Assembly: GCA_016342645.1 (NCBI GenBank)
Contig: JAEINX010000002.1
Span: 23,804 to 87,803 of the forward strand
Source of the DNA: Bacteroidales bacterium
GTDB taxonomy: Bacteria; Bacteroidota; Bacteroidia; Bacteroidales; JAEINX01
Reading direction: 5' to 3'
DNA length: 64,000 nt
The first letter of the stretch is position 1. The number at the start of each line of letters is the position of its first letter. A program made the translations under genes and the position numbers. The notes below the pieces were generated by a model. It had not been told where the DNA came from and did no database searches. It saw nothing but the letters and a program-made list of their open reading frames with translations. Shown one piece after another: positions 53,996 through 63,585 of the stretch.

Positions 53996-55084
53996 TTATT
54001 TTTTTATAAGTTCAATTGCATTTTTTGTTGAAATTCTTTCATCATTTTTAAAAGCAACAACAAATGCATCTTTAAATCCTTTTTTTCTCATTTCCGATTG
54101 CAGTTTTTCAGCTTCTTCAATACTTGACACATTGCCCACCGTGTATTTATATAATCCATTATGCATATAGTTTTTTACATCTTTCAAATCAGAAAATTTT
54201 TTAGAATCTAAAGGTTTTTTTCTTTTATAAGAGGCAAATTGCACCCTGAATCTAATATCATCGGTTTTTTCAGTCTTAATAACATTATTTGCCAAAAGGT
54301 TTTTATTTTCTTTTTCAAATTCAATTTTATATTCTTTAAAAGCTCTGTAAATAGCAGAAGCAATGTATGTTTGACCATCTTTCGACATTAAAAATTTTTC
54401 GTTTCCGGCATGGCTTAGGTATCCTGTTTCTATTAAAATTCCGGGCATTGTGGTTTTATAAAGAACCCAAAAGCCTGCTTGTAGAACACCTCTGTCTTTC
54501 AATCCGACTCTGGTTTTAAATTGTTTTTGAACTTTTTGTGCAAGATTAAGACTTTGATCTAAATAAGCATTTTGATAAAGTGAAAAAATAACATTTGCTT
54601 CAGGTGAGTTAGGATCAAAACCCTCATATTGTGCATTATAATCATCTTCATACAAAATTGAAGCATTTTCCTTTTTTGCAACCGCAAGATTTGCCTCGCT
54701 TTTGTGTAAACCCATCACATAAGTTTCTGCGCCGTGAACTTTATGTGAGTTAAGAGAATTACAATGGATAGAAATAAAAAAATCGGCTTTTGCATCATTT
54801 GCTATTTGAGCACGTTTGTGAAGCTCGACGAACTTATCTGTTTTGCGGGTGTAAATTATCTCGACATCTTTCAAGTTTTTCTTAATGTATTCACCGGTTT
54901 TTAAGGCAATTGCAAGTGCAATGGTTTTTTCTTTACAATGTGCTCCCAAAGCTCCAGGGTCGTAACCGCCATGACCGGCATCGATGACAAGTTTTGTGAT
55001 TTTATTCTTTTTTTGAGGAAAAACCATCAAAGGCAAAATCAATATTAAACAAAGGATATTAAAATTAAAGTTGTATGGTTTCAA
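53996..55084 (-). CDS. N-acetylmuramoyl-L-alanine amidase (Amidase_3) with C-terminal SPOR domain
   Basis: VIDAGHGGYDPGA, FISIHCNS and ILIETGYLS motifs. The C-terminal FRVQFASYKRKKPL...YKYTVGNVSSIEEAEKLQSEMRKKGFKDAFVVAF is SPOR-like. Confidence 0.85.
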   Translation of the reverse strand: MKPYNFNFNILCLILILPLMVFPQKKNKITKLVIDAGHGGYDPGALGAHCKEKTIALAIALKTGEYIKKNLKDVEIIYTRKTDKFVELHKRAQIANDAKADFFISIHCNSLNSHKVHGAETYVMGLHKSEANLAVAKKENASILYEDDYNAQYEGFDPNSPEANVIFSLYQNAYLDQSLNLAQKVQKQFKTRVGLKDRGVLQAGFWVLYKTTMPGILIETGYLSHAGNEKFLMSKDGQTYIASAIYRAFKEYKIEFEKENKNLLANNVIKTEKTDDIRFRVQFASYKRKKPLDSKKFSDLKDVKNYMHNGLYKYTVGNVSSIEEAEKLQSEMRKKGFKDAFVVAFKNDERISTKNAIELIKK

Positions 55085-55133
55085 TAAATAATTTTTTAAT
55101 TAGTTTTGACGTTTAATCATGTTTATAAAAATT

Positions 55134-55141
55134 CAAAGATA
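55134..55141 (-). promoter_or_regulatory. -7 promoter box TATCTTTG for the amidase gene
   Basis: The plus strand reads caaagata. It sits 50 nt upstream of the ATG at 55084. Confidence 0.4.
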
Positions 55142-55191
55142 TAAAAAATGGTAATCATTGACGAATTTAAAAATAATATTAAATTTGTACT

Positions 55192-55425
55192 ATGGAAGCA
55201 AATATTCAAAATATAAAGATTGAATTAATACAGTGGTTAACAACTATTGATGATTGGTCGTTGATTCAAAAAGTTCTTGATTTACGTATTAATCAAACAA
55301 AAGATTGGTGGGAAACAATATCTGATATTGAAAAAAAATCAATTGAACAAGGTATTTCAGATGCAGATAATGGAAAATTAAATTCACATTCCGAAGCTCG
55401 AAAAATGTATGAAAAGTGGTTATAA
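55192..55425 (+). CDS. Type II antitoxin-like protein (partner of the RelE/ParE toxin)
   Basis: 77 aa. It overlaps the downstream toxin start by 17 nt. The C-terminus ...EQGISDADNGKLNSHSEARKMYEKWL is typical of Bacteroidota addiction-module antitoxins. TAAATTTG lies at 55180-55187. Confidence 0.6.
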   Translation: MEANIQNIKIELIQWLTTIDDWSLIQKVLDLRINQTKDWWETISDIEKKSIEQGISDADNGKLNSHSEARKMYEKWL

Positions 55426-55708
55426 AATTAAGTGGACAGATAATGCTTTAACCGAATTAGAAAAAATTTATCAGTATTTGGAAGAAAATTGGACATCAGA
55501 AGAATTAAATAAATTATCTCTTGAAATTGAACGGACCGTAAACTTGATTTCAAATTATCCAAACATATTTCCTGTATCTGAGAGAAAAAATATTAGAAAA
55601 GTAATTGTTAAAAGATTTAACACGCTGTATTATAGGGAAAAAGGTCAAACAATTGAGATACTATCATTCTTTTCAAATAGACAAAGTCCTGAAAAAAGAT
55701 TATTATAA
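55409..55708 (+). CDS. Type II toxin, RelE/ParE family
   Basis: 99 aa: KIKWTDNALTELEKIYQYLEENW...YPNIFP......RKVIVKRFNTLYYREKGQTIEILSFFSNRQSP, the classic ParE/RelE-fold pattern. Confidence 0.8.
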   Translation: MKSGYKIKWTDNALTELEKIYQYLEENWTSEELNKLSLEIERTVNLISNYPNIFPVSERKNIRKVIVKRFNTLYYREKGQTIEILSFFSNRQSPEKRLL

Positions 55709-55716
55709 CCCTGTAC

Positions 55717-55823
55717 AAATAGCTGTATATTTTTCAAATATTGAAAGTAATAGTATTGATTTGAATTCGTTTATGAATTATGAACAAATTAAAGATAATC
55801 TTAGCGTTTTCTTGAAATACTAA
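55717..55823 (+). pseudogene. Short Fic-N-like gene fragment
   Basis: Reads ..VQIAVYFSNIESNSIDLNSFMNYEQIKDN..*. About 70 nt are roughly 80% identical to the reverse complement of 61377-61445. There is no start codon context and no Fic core. Confidence 0.4.
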
Positions 55824-55860
55824 CTACAAAAAAAATTAATTAAATAAAAAAAGGTAATCA

Positions 55861-58479
55861 TTGTCGAAATCAAAAGCAATATTTATTTTTAAGACTATAA
55901 TTATATTTGTTTGGATATTTAGTTCGGTAGAACTGTTTTCGCAAGATACTATACCACATTTCATTAATGACACTTTAATTGCAATTAACGACACAATTAC
56001 AAACGATACCATTATCGAGCAAAAAAAAGAAAAAGCCCTAAAAGCTAAGGTTGATTATCATGCAAACGATTCTATTCGACTCGATGCGAAAAATCAAAAA
56101 GTGTTTTTGTTTGGTGGTGCGGAAATTTCTTATCAAAACATTAATTTGAAGGCCGCTTATATTGAAATAAATTTTAAAACAAATACAGTTTTTGCAAAAG
56201 GAGTTCCCGACTCAACCGGAAAAGTTCAGGGAATGCCTGTTTTTTCTGAGGGTGGGCAGGAATTTGATGCTGAAACAATGAAATATAATTTTGACACAAA
56301 AAAAGGCCTGATAAAACATGTAGTAACTCACGAAGGCGAGGGTTATATTCATGGTGAAAAAATAAAAAAACTTGAGGACGGGAATATAAATATCAGTTCG
56401 GGAAGTTACACAACTTGCGATAATAAGGATCATCCTCACTACGAATTTCGATATAAAAAATCAAAAGTTATACCAAACGATAAAATTATTACAGGGCCGG
56501 CATATCTTGTTATTGCCGATGTTCCGACTCCTTTGTTTATTCCTTTTGGAATGTTTCCAAATAAAAAAGGACAACGATCGGGAATTATAATTCCTTCTTA
56601 CGGAGAATCAGCTAATCGGGGATTTTTCTTTGAAGGCGGTGGGTATTATTGGGCCATAAACGACTATTTGGATTTTAAATTAACAGGCGATATTTATACA
56701 CGAGGCAGTTGGGCAATAAAGCCTTTGTTTCGCTATTCAAAAAGATATAAATATAAAGGATCTTTTAATTTTAATTATGGAATCACGGTTTTAGGAGATA
56801 AAGGTTCTCCCGATTATAGCAAAAACCGTGATTTTGCAATACGATGGTCGCACCAACAAGATCCCAAAGCCCGGCCAAGTAGTACTTTTTCGGCGAACGT
56901 AAATATTGTCAGTAAGAAGTATAATAAATTTAACCCGACCTCAACTGAGCAATATCTTACAAATACATTCCAATCGAGTATTGCTTATCAGAAAAACTGG
57001 AATCAAAAATATTTTTTAACCGTTGATTTAAGTCATTCGCAAAACACAATTGATGAAACGGTTACAATGAACTTGCCTCAGATTTCGTTTTCGGTAAACA
57101 GGTTTAACCCATTCAGAAAAAAAGAAAAAGTAGGAGAAGAAAAATGGTATGACAAGATTAGTGTAAATTATTCAATGAATGCAAAAAACTATATTTCCAC
57201 ATATGATTCATTGCTTTTTAAACCCGAAATGTATTCTGATATGCAAAACGGTATCAAGCATAATGTTTCAGTCAGCAGCCCATTAAAAATTTTGAAATAT
57301 TTTAATATGACTAATTCGATAACTCTTACTGATCGAATGTATTTTGATAAACTTGATAAATACTGGGTTAATGATTCAATATTTACCGAAACTGATACAA
57401 CTATCGGTTATGTTAAAACGGATACACTTCCCGGGTTTAATAATGAATATGATTTTAGTTTTTCTTCCTCCGTAAGTACAAGGATTTATGGAATGGTTGG
57501 TTTTAAAAAAGGCCCGATCAAAGCTATTCGTCATGTTATTTCTCCTTCAATTTCTTTTTCGTTTAGGCCAGATTTTGGGGCAGCCGGATGGGGTTATTAT
57601 AAATATCACTACAATAATGCTGCACATACCGATAGCACCCAATATTCTATCCATGAACGTTTTATTTTTGGGGGCGCACCACGAGGGAAGTCTGGAAGCA
57701 TTAGTTTTGGAATATCAAATAATTTGGAGATTAAAGTCCGTTCACGAAAAGACACAATAACAGGGTATAAAAAAATAAAATTGATAGAAAACTTTTCAAT
57801 ATCTACTGCATATAATCTTGCAGCCGATTCATTGAAATGGTCAAAAGTCAGTATGCGTGGAAATACAACCTTGTTTAAGAATATAAATATTACATACTCA
57901 AGCTCTTGGGACCCTTATGTTTTAGATTCATCGGGAACAAGAAATCTTAATAAATTTGAGTGGGATGTTAATCATAGATTGCTTCGATTGGATAATACTT
58001 CCTGGACTACCGGTTTATCGTGGAGCTTAAATTCAAAAAAAACTGATAAGAAAAAAGTATCAAAGAAAGGCGATGAGCAAGAGTTAAAGGAGATAAATGA
58101 AAACCCTGATGAATATGTCGATTGGAGTATTCCATGGAAATTAAATATAAGATATACCTTAAATTATGGCAATAATCTTGATTATATTAATAATAAAAAA
58201 ACAAATAACAAATCATTAATTCAAACTATGAGCGTAAACGGAGAAATAAATGTTACGCCAAAATGGAGAATAGGTTTTAATTCAGGTTATAACTTTCAGG
58301 AAGCAAAGGTGACGACAACTTCTATAAATATTTACCGTGACCTTCATTGCTGGGAAATGCGTTTCTCGTGGATACCAATGGGATTCAGGAAAAGTTGGAA
58401 CTTTTCAATCAATGTTAAGTCTTCAATATTACAAGACTTGAAACTGTCGAAAAAGAAAGATTTTAGGGATTATTATTAG
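55861..58479 (+). CDS. lptD: Bacteroidota-type LPS-assembly outer-membrane protein LptD (OstA N-domain + large beta-barrel)
   Basis: 872 aa with a TTG start per the track and a signal peptide. The OstA-like N-domain is VDYHANDSIRLDAKNQKVFLFGGAEISYQNINLKAAYIEINFKTNTVFAKG. A long barrel follows, ending near ...DLKLSKKKDFRDYY. Confidence 0.65.
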   Translation: MSKSKAIFIFKTIIIFVWIFSSVELFSQDTIPHFINDTLIAINDTITNDTIIEQKKEKALKAKVDYHANDSIRLDAKNQKVFLFGGAEISYQNINLKAAYIEINFKTNTVFAKGVPDSTGKVQGMPVFSEGGQEFDAETMKYNFDTKKGLIKHVVTHEGEGYIHGEKIKKLEDGNINISSGSYTTCDNKDHPHYEFRYKKSKVIPNDKIITGPAYLVIADVPTPLFIPFGMFPNKKGQRSGIIIPSYGESANRGFFFEGGGYYWAINDYLDFKLTGDIYTRGSWAIKPLFRYSKRYKYKGSFNFNYGITVLGDKGSPDYSKNRDFAIRWSHQQDPKARPSSTFSANVNIVSKKYNKFNPTSTEQYLTNTFQSSIAYQKNWNQKYFLTVDLSHSQNTIDETVTMNLPQISFSVNRFNPFRKKEKVGEEKWYDKISVNYSMNAKNYISTYDSLLFKPEMYSDMQNGIKHNVSVSSPLKILKYFNMTNSITLTDRMYFDKLDKYWVNDSIFTETDTTIGYVKTDTLPGFNNEYDFSFSSSVSTRIYGMVGFKKGPIKAIRHVISPSISFSFRPDFGAAGWGYYKYHYNNAAHTDSTQYSIHERFIFGGAPRGKSGSISFGISNNLEIKVRSRKDTITGYKKIKLIENFSISTAYNLAADSLKWSKVSMRGNTTLFKNINITYSSSWDPYVLDSSGTRNLNKFEWDVNHRLLRLDNTSWTTGLSWSLNSKKTDKKKVSKKGDEQELKEINENPDEYVDWSIPWKLNIRYTLNYGNNLDYINNKKTNNKSLIQTMSVNGEINVTPKWRIGFNSGYNFQEAKVTTTSINIYRDLHCWEMRFSWIPMGFRKSWNFSINVKSSILQDLKLSKKKDFRDYY

Positions 58480-58506
58480 AGAAATATAGTACTTAAAGTG
58501 CGCTAA

Positions 58507-58577
58507 AGTTAAGAGTGCCTAAAGTTTTTTTCAATTCCATGAACATATAACTTGTTGCATTTTAGGCACTCTTAACT
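58507..58577. terminator. 17-bp perfect inverted repeat between convergent lptD and OCD genes (probable bidirectional terminator)
   Basis: AGTTAAGAGTGCCTAAA (58507-58523) and TTTAGGCACTCTTAACT (58561-58577) with a 37-nt loop. A T7 run follows the left arm. Confidence 0.55.
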
Positions 58578-58588
58578 CAAGGCACTAA

Positions 58589-59566
58589 TTAAATCTCAAT
58601 ATTTACTCCCGTATTTGATTCAATTGCTTTATCGTAGATTAATTTAGCGGTGGCAACATCCTGGATGGCAAGTCCGTTAGATTTGAAAATTGTAATTTCT
58701 TCATCATTTAACCTTGACTCAACTTTTCCAATAATTACATCCCCCAATTCGCCATAAAAATGAGATTCGTCAATAACACCTTCTTTAACAGGAAGAATAA
58801 TATCTCCGGCTTCGCTAAAACAAGCTTCTTTTGAATCGCCAATAAAGCGAGATCGCATAATTATTTCCGAATCCAACTCACGTGCATTTGGTGTGTGGCT
58901 TCCAATTCCGTTAATATGTGTGCCTTTTTTAACTTTCTTCCCATCAAAAATTGGAGTGGCCGATGATGTTGCGGTACAAATAATATCAGCTACCAAAACC
59001 TCGTCAGGATTTTTAGCTTTAACAATTTCAAGATTTAATTTTTTACTCATCTCCTTAATGAAAGCATCGGCCGATTCATCAGAAATATCATAAACTATTG
59101 CTTTTGAAAGCTCACGTGCGATTGCAACTGCCCATAATTGCATTTGAGCCTGAACACCTGTTCCAAAAATTCCGGCAACCTGATTTTTATCTTTACGTGC
59201 AAGATATTTAGTTGCAACTCCACTGACCGCACCTGTACGAACAGCAGTTAAATAACCTCCGTCCATAATGCAATTAACATCACCGGTTTCGGGGTCTTGC
59301 AATAAAACCTTTCCAATAACAACAGGCATATTGAATTTCTTAGGGTTATTTTTATAAACCGTTACAACCTTGCAGGCTAATGCTTTCATTTCTTTAAGAT
59401 AGGCAGGCATATAAAGCGAAAGTCCGTCTGGTGGAGTAATTGGAGTTCTAAGCGGTAGAACGGCAGTTCCATTGGCAAGTTCTTTGAATGCTTTTTCAAC
59501 AACATCCATGCAGTCCTTCATATCAAGGACCGATATTACATTTTCTCTATTTAAAATTAAAGTCAT
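58589..59566 (-). CDS. Ornithine cyclodeaminase/mu-crystallin family protein
   Basis: 325 aa. N-terminal LDMKDCMDVVEKAFKELANGTAVLPLRT, YLTAVRTGAVSGVATKYLAR, and the Rossmann segment GIFGTGVQAQMQL. Confidence 0.85.
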   Translation of the reverse strand: MTLILNRENVISVLDMKDCMDVVEKAFKELANGTAVLPLRTPITPPDGLSLYMPAYLKEMKALACKVVTVYKNNPKKFNMPVVIGKVLLQDPETGDVNCIMDGGYLTAVRTGAVSGVATKYLARKDKNQVAGIFGTGVQAQMQLWAVAIARELSKAIVYDISDESADAFIKEMSKKLNLEIVKAKNPDEVLVADIICTATSSATPIFDGKKVKKGTHINGIGSHTPNARELDSEIIMRSRFIGDSKEACFSEAGDIILPVKEGVIDESHFYGELGDVIIGKVESRLNDEEITIFKSNGLAIQDVATAKLIYDKAIESNTGVNIEI

Positions 59567-59603
59567 GATATTATTTTTTTATTTTTAATTTATTTTTAGA
59601 ATA

Positions 59604-59611
59604 CAAACTTA
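59604..59611 (-). promoter_or_regulatory. -7 promoter box TAAGTTTG for the OCD-family gene
   Basis: The plus strand reads caaactta. It sits 38 nt upstream of the ATG at 59566. This limits how far left the neighbouring IS can extend. Confidence 0.4.
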
Positions 59612-59631
59612 CATAAAATTTTTTAATTATA

Positions 59632-61020
59632 CACAGACGCATAAAAATCAAAGGCCGCTGCTTTACGTTAGTATTATACGAGCTCAAAGCTCAATCAATT
59701 AATGTATAACATAAATTAATAAACTATGAAAGTCAGCGGCCTTGATGTACACAAAGATACTATTTTTTGTGGTATCTACGATGGAAAAAAACAAAGTAAT
59801 GTTTTAGAATTTCCCACCCTCACAGAAGATATTCGTAACATGGGTATTATGCTTCAGAAAGAAGGAATTAAAAAAGTTTCCATGGAGAGCACAAGCATCT
59901 ATTGAATACCTATTTGTAATATTTTGGAGGAAATGGGATTTGAATTAATGCTGGTTAATCCTTACTTAATCAAGCAAATGTTAGGCAGAAAAAGTGATGT
60001 AAAAGATGCTCAATGGATTGCAACACTTCTTCATAAAGGCCTTTTACGAGGCAGTTTAATACCTGATCAACAAATCAGGGAATTGCGGAGTTACAGCCGA
60101 AAGTATGTAAAATTACAGGAAATGATCACCTGTAGCTTCCAGGATATGGAACGTATTTTGGAAATGTGTAACATACATATCACTTCATTAATAAGTAAGA
60201 ATAATAGCGTAAGTATTCAGAAAGTGATTCAAGGCATAATTCAGGGAAATGACAGCCCTGAAGAGTTGGTATGTTTTATTCATGGCCGAATTATCAATTC
60301 AAAGAAAGAAAAGGTACGAAAGGCACTCCAAGGGTTTATTTCAGAACATCATCGATTCAATTTGGAACTTGTATGGCAGCAATACGAGCTATACCAAAAA
60401 CAATTGATAAGTATTGAAGAAAAGATGAAGTGTATATGCCAGGGACATTATTCTCAGGAAATGGAATTACTGTAAACTATTCATGGTATTAAAGCTCAAT
60501 CGGCTATGCAAATTATTGCGGAAACAGGTGGTAATATGAATGCTTTTGAAAATAGTGGAAAACTTACCGGATGGGCAGGATTGCGTCCAAAAAATGATGA
60601 AAGTGCCGGTAAGTATAAAAGCACCTCAATAACCAAAGGCAATAAATATTTAAGAAGAATACTGGTGCAATGTGGATGGGCAGCTTCAAGAACAAAAGGA
60701 TCCTATTATAAGAACAAGTTTGACCAACTATGTATTCGAAAATCAAGAAAGAAAGCCCTTATTGCCATTGCCAGAAAGTTGCTAACAGTAATATGGAGCA
60801 TATTGAATGAAAAAAAACCATACAACCCTAATATGCTACCTGTTTTAAACCCTGAGAAAATTAAAGGTAAGATGAAATACCATGCTAAAGAAATTGAAAA
60901 ACTTGAAGCATTGGGATATTCATTATCGTAAAGGTCGGGTATATTTGTGGTGGCTCTGTGCATCGTTTTGATGAACAACCCCGTCTTCAAACAGACCAAT
61001 ATATTTTAAGCACACAGACA
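59632..61020 (+). mobile_element. IS110-family insertion sequence (boundaries tentative)
   Basis: Contains the IS110-type transposase reading frame. ACACAGAC(g)CATAA occurs at 59631-59644 and again at 61012-61024 as a possible junction repeat. The right boundary could instead lie as far as about 61310. Confidence 0.55.
59726..60931 (+). pseudogene. IS110-family (DEDD) transposase with two in-frame stop codons
   Basis: A single frame of 402 codons. MKVSGLDVHKDTI...MESTSIY*IPICNILEE has TGA at 59903-59905, where family members carry a conserved Trp. ...EMELL*TIHGIKAQSAMQIIAETG has TAA at 60473-60475. The C-terminal AGLRPKNDESAGK....ITKGNKYLRRILVQCGWAA is the Transposase_20 region. Confidence 0.8.
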
Positions 61021-61319
61021 TAAGTTAATGCCAGTTGAGAAACCGGCCAAACTTGCAGAGGAAATTCGTTCACTAAAACGCCTAAAAGGGACAAGATATA
61101 TTTAAAAGGATTTATAGAGGAAATATACAAAACTATATTTTGGCAGCAATAGAAAAATGCTGCCGAAATTTGGGGTAGAAATATCTCTAAGATTTAGATG
61201 AATAATAAAATTCTTGAGCGTTTTAAAATTTCAAAGTCTCGATTTTAATTTTACAAATCATTTTCTTAATACAACTTAAACGCCAGTTGGCGATTACTTC
61301 TTGTTTTGCTTATATTCCT

Positions 61320-61568
61320 TTATTCAAGACACTTGGGCAATATACAAAGGAATCCTAAACATTTATCATAATTGAGTTCATAATTCATAAATGAATTTAG
61401 GTCAATGCTGTTTCCCTCAATATTTGAAGAATAAACTGCAGATGCTTTTGTAAGGTAATCAAACCCACCATTGCTTTCTGAAAAATCGTATTCATTAATC
61501 AAATTTGGAATCGTATTTCCAATATTTTTTACGCACTTATCAAAATATTTTTTGTCTGTAATTCTCAT
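61320..61568 (-). pseudogene. Truncated Fic-family gene (N-terminal 82 codons only)
   Basis: MRITDKKYFDK...DYLTKASAVYSSNIEGNSIDLNSFMNYE.. resembles the Fic N-terminal inhibitory/helical region. The HPFxxGNGR core is absent. TATCTTTG lies at about 61587-61594 upstream. Confidence 0.4.
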
Positions 61569-61701
61569 TTAAACATTTAGTTATTGTTTTTCAAAGATAA
61601 GAATTTTAATGGTTTAGTTGTGAAAAATAAATATTAGGAAAGAATGCAGACAGTGCCTGACTTTGAGTCGGGCCCTAATTTAAACACCGGTTTACTGATT
61701 T

Positions 61702-63477
61702 TTAATCGTCTGAGAATTCTTTAAGAATTTTTCTGTAGCTGGAAAAAACATTTGCTCTTGAAATAAATCCAAGATATTTTCCATCTTGCACAACTGCAAG
61801 ATTATATTTCCCCGAATGTTGAAATTTTTTAGCCACCTGATCCATTGATTCATCGGGATGTACAATTGAAGAAGGAACTATCATAAGATTTCGGACATAA
61901 GTAATATTGTATAATTCGGGACTAAACATAATATTTCGAATATCGTCAAGACGCATAATTCCGAAAAAATTATTTTCTTTATCAATAACAGGATAAATGT
62001 TTCTTTTTGAGTTGGAAATAACTTTCACAAGGTCACCAAGTGTAGCTTCCGGTGAAATTGAGGCAAAATCTTTTTCAATAAACTTATTTACTTTCATCAA
62101 CGACAAAACTGCTTTGTCTTTATGATGAGTAATCAACTCGCCGCGTTTTGCCAATTGATGTGTATAAACCGAATTGCTGACAAACAATTTTATTGTTGCA
62201 TAAGAAATTGTTGAGGTAATCATTAAAGGAACAAAAAGTTTGTATCCGCCTGTGATTTCGGCGATAAGGAAAATTGCCGTTAAAGGGGCATGCAAAACAC
62301 CCGCAATCAGTCCTCCCATCCCGACCAGGGCAAAATTGCCCGTTGAAATTTCTCCAAAATTCAGATGATTGACCAAGCTTGCATACAAAAGTCCCGTAAA
62401 AGCACCCATAAAAAGTGTTGGAGCGAAAATCCCCCCAACTCCACCGGCTCCGAAAGTTATGGATGTAGCTATAACTTTGAAAAATATTATCAAAAACAAA
62501 AGAAGAAAGATGATATAAATATTATCCTTAAATGAATAAAAAATACTATTGTTAAATAAAGGATCAAAATTGCCATGTAAGGTGGAGTTTATTGCCTCAT
62601 AACCTTCACCGTAGAGCGCCGGAAAGAAAAATATTAATATTCCGAGACATAGGCCTCCGAAAATTACTTTTGAATACCACATTTTAATTTTAAAAAAATT
62701 AAATTCGATAAACATATACATTTTTGTAAAATAAACCGAAACTAATCCGGCAAGAATTCCTAAAAAAATAAAATATGGTGAATCAGCCAGTTGAAACCCT
62801 TCAGTAATTTCATAAGGATATAAAACAGCTTGCCCAAGAAAGAAATACGAAGTTAAAACAGCGGTAGCTGAGGCAATTAACAAAGGAATAATCGAAGCCG
62901 TTGTTAAATCAATCATAATTACTTCAACGGCAAAAACTACTGCCGCAATAGGAGACTTAAAAATGGCGGCCATAGCAGCGGCACTTGCAAGCCCCAACAA
63001 TAAAGTAATTTGTTTGTAGCTGAGGCGAAACATTTGTCCGATATTTGAACCTATGGCAGCTCCTGTGGAAACTGTTGGGCCTTCAAGCCCTACCGACCCA
63101 CCAAATCCTACGGTCAGGGTACTTGTGATTATTGACGAAAAAATATTGTGGCGTTTAATAATTCCATGAGTTTTCGATATCGCAAACAAAACACTTGGAA
63201 TACCATGGCCAACATGCTGACGAATAATAAATTTAACATAAATAACTGTAATTAAAATACCGATTGCAGGATAAGCGAAATATAAATAATTATGATAATC
63301 GGCAGCAAAACTACTTGTGAGTAATTCTTTTATTAGGTGAACTGAATTTTTAATAATTACTGCTCCTAAGCCGGCAAGAATTCCGATCACGACACTAAGA
63401 ATCATGATAAAATTCTTGATGCTAATATGCTTGACCCTCCACAGTAAAAATCGTCCTAATAAACTCTGTTTTTTCAT
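61702..63477 (-). CDS. ClC-family voltage-gated chloride channel / H+-Cl- antiporter with C-terminal CBS pair
   Basis: GSVGLEGP, GIFAPTLFMGA and GVLHAPLTAIFLIAEITG motifs. The C-terminal tandem CBS is (..NIYPVIDKENNFFGIMRLDDI.., ..NLAVVQDGKYLGFISRANV..). Confidence 0.9.
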   Translation of the reverse strand: MKKQSLLGRFLLWRVKHISIKNFIMILSVVIGILAGLGAVIIKNSVHLIKELLTSSFAADYHNYLYFAYPAIGILITVIYVKFIIRQHVGHGIPSVLFAISKTHGIIKRHNIFSSIITSTLTVGFGGSVGLEGPTVSTGAAIGSNIGQMFRLSYKQITLLLGLASAAAMAAIFKSPIAAVVFAVEVIMIDLTTASIIPLLIASATAVLTSYFFLGQAVLYPYEITEGFQLADSPYFIFLGILAGLVSVYFTKMYMFIEFNFFKIKMWYSKVIFGGLCLGILIFFFPALYGEGYEAINSTLHGNFDPLFNNSIFYSFKDNIYIIFLLLFLIIFFKVIATSITFGAGGVGGIFAPTLFMGAFTGLLYASLVNHLNFGEISTGNFALVGMGGLIAGVLHAPLTAIFLIAEITGGYKLFVPLMITSTISYATIKLFVSNSVYTHQLAKRGELITHHKDKAVLSLMKVNKFIEKDFASISPEATLGDLVKVISNSKRNIYPVIDKENNFFGIMRLDDIRNIMFSPELYNITYVRNLMIVPSSIVHPDESMDQVAKKFQHSGKYNLAVVQDGKYLGFISRANVFSSYRKILKEFSDD

Positions 63478-63585
63478 CTAAGTAAGTGTGTTTATAACAA
63501 ATTTAAATATTCTTTAATCAAATTTGATATATTTTGTTGTAATAAAAAAAATAATGCCTATCCATAAGGTTCTTCTATATATTTT

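Noticed and set aside
59726-60931. Stop-codon reassignment (TGA=Trp or TAA=Gln) explaining the in-frame stops in the IS110 transposase
   Set aside because: Very long ORFs in this window (up to 1467 codons) are intact under the standard code. Their Trp codons are TGG. At least one tightly packed gene (25065..25385) ends in TGA, and most genes end in TAA. The two different stop codons are best explained as nonsense mutations.
55717-61568. The two Fic-like fragments share an identical breakpoint (after ..SFMNYE), suggesting site-specific insertion or an inversion between them
   Set aside because: On closer alignment, weak similarity continues past that point (EQIKDNLSVFL vs ELNYDKCLGFL). Both fragments also contain the same part of the gene rather than complementary parts. 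There is therefore no shared junction and no inversion signature.
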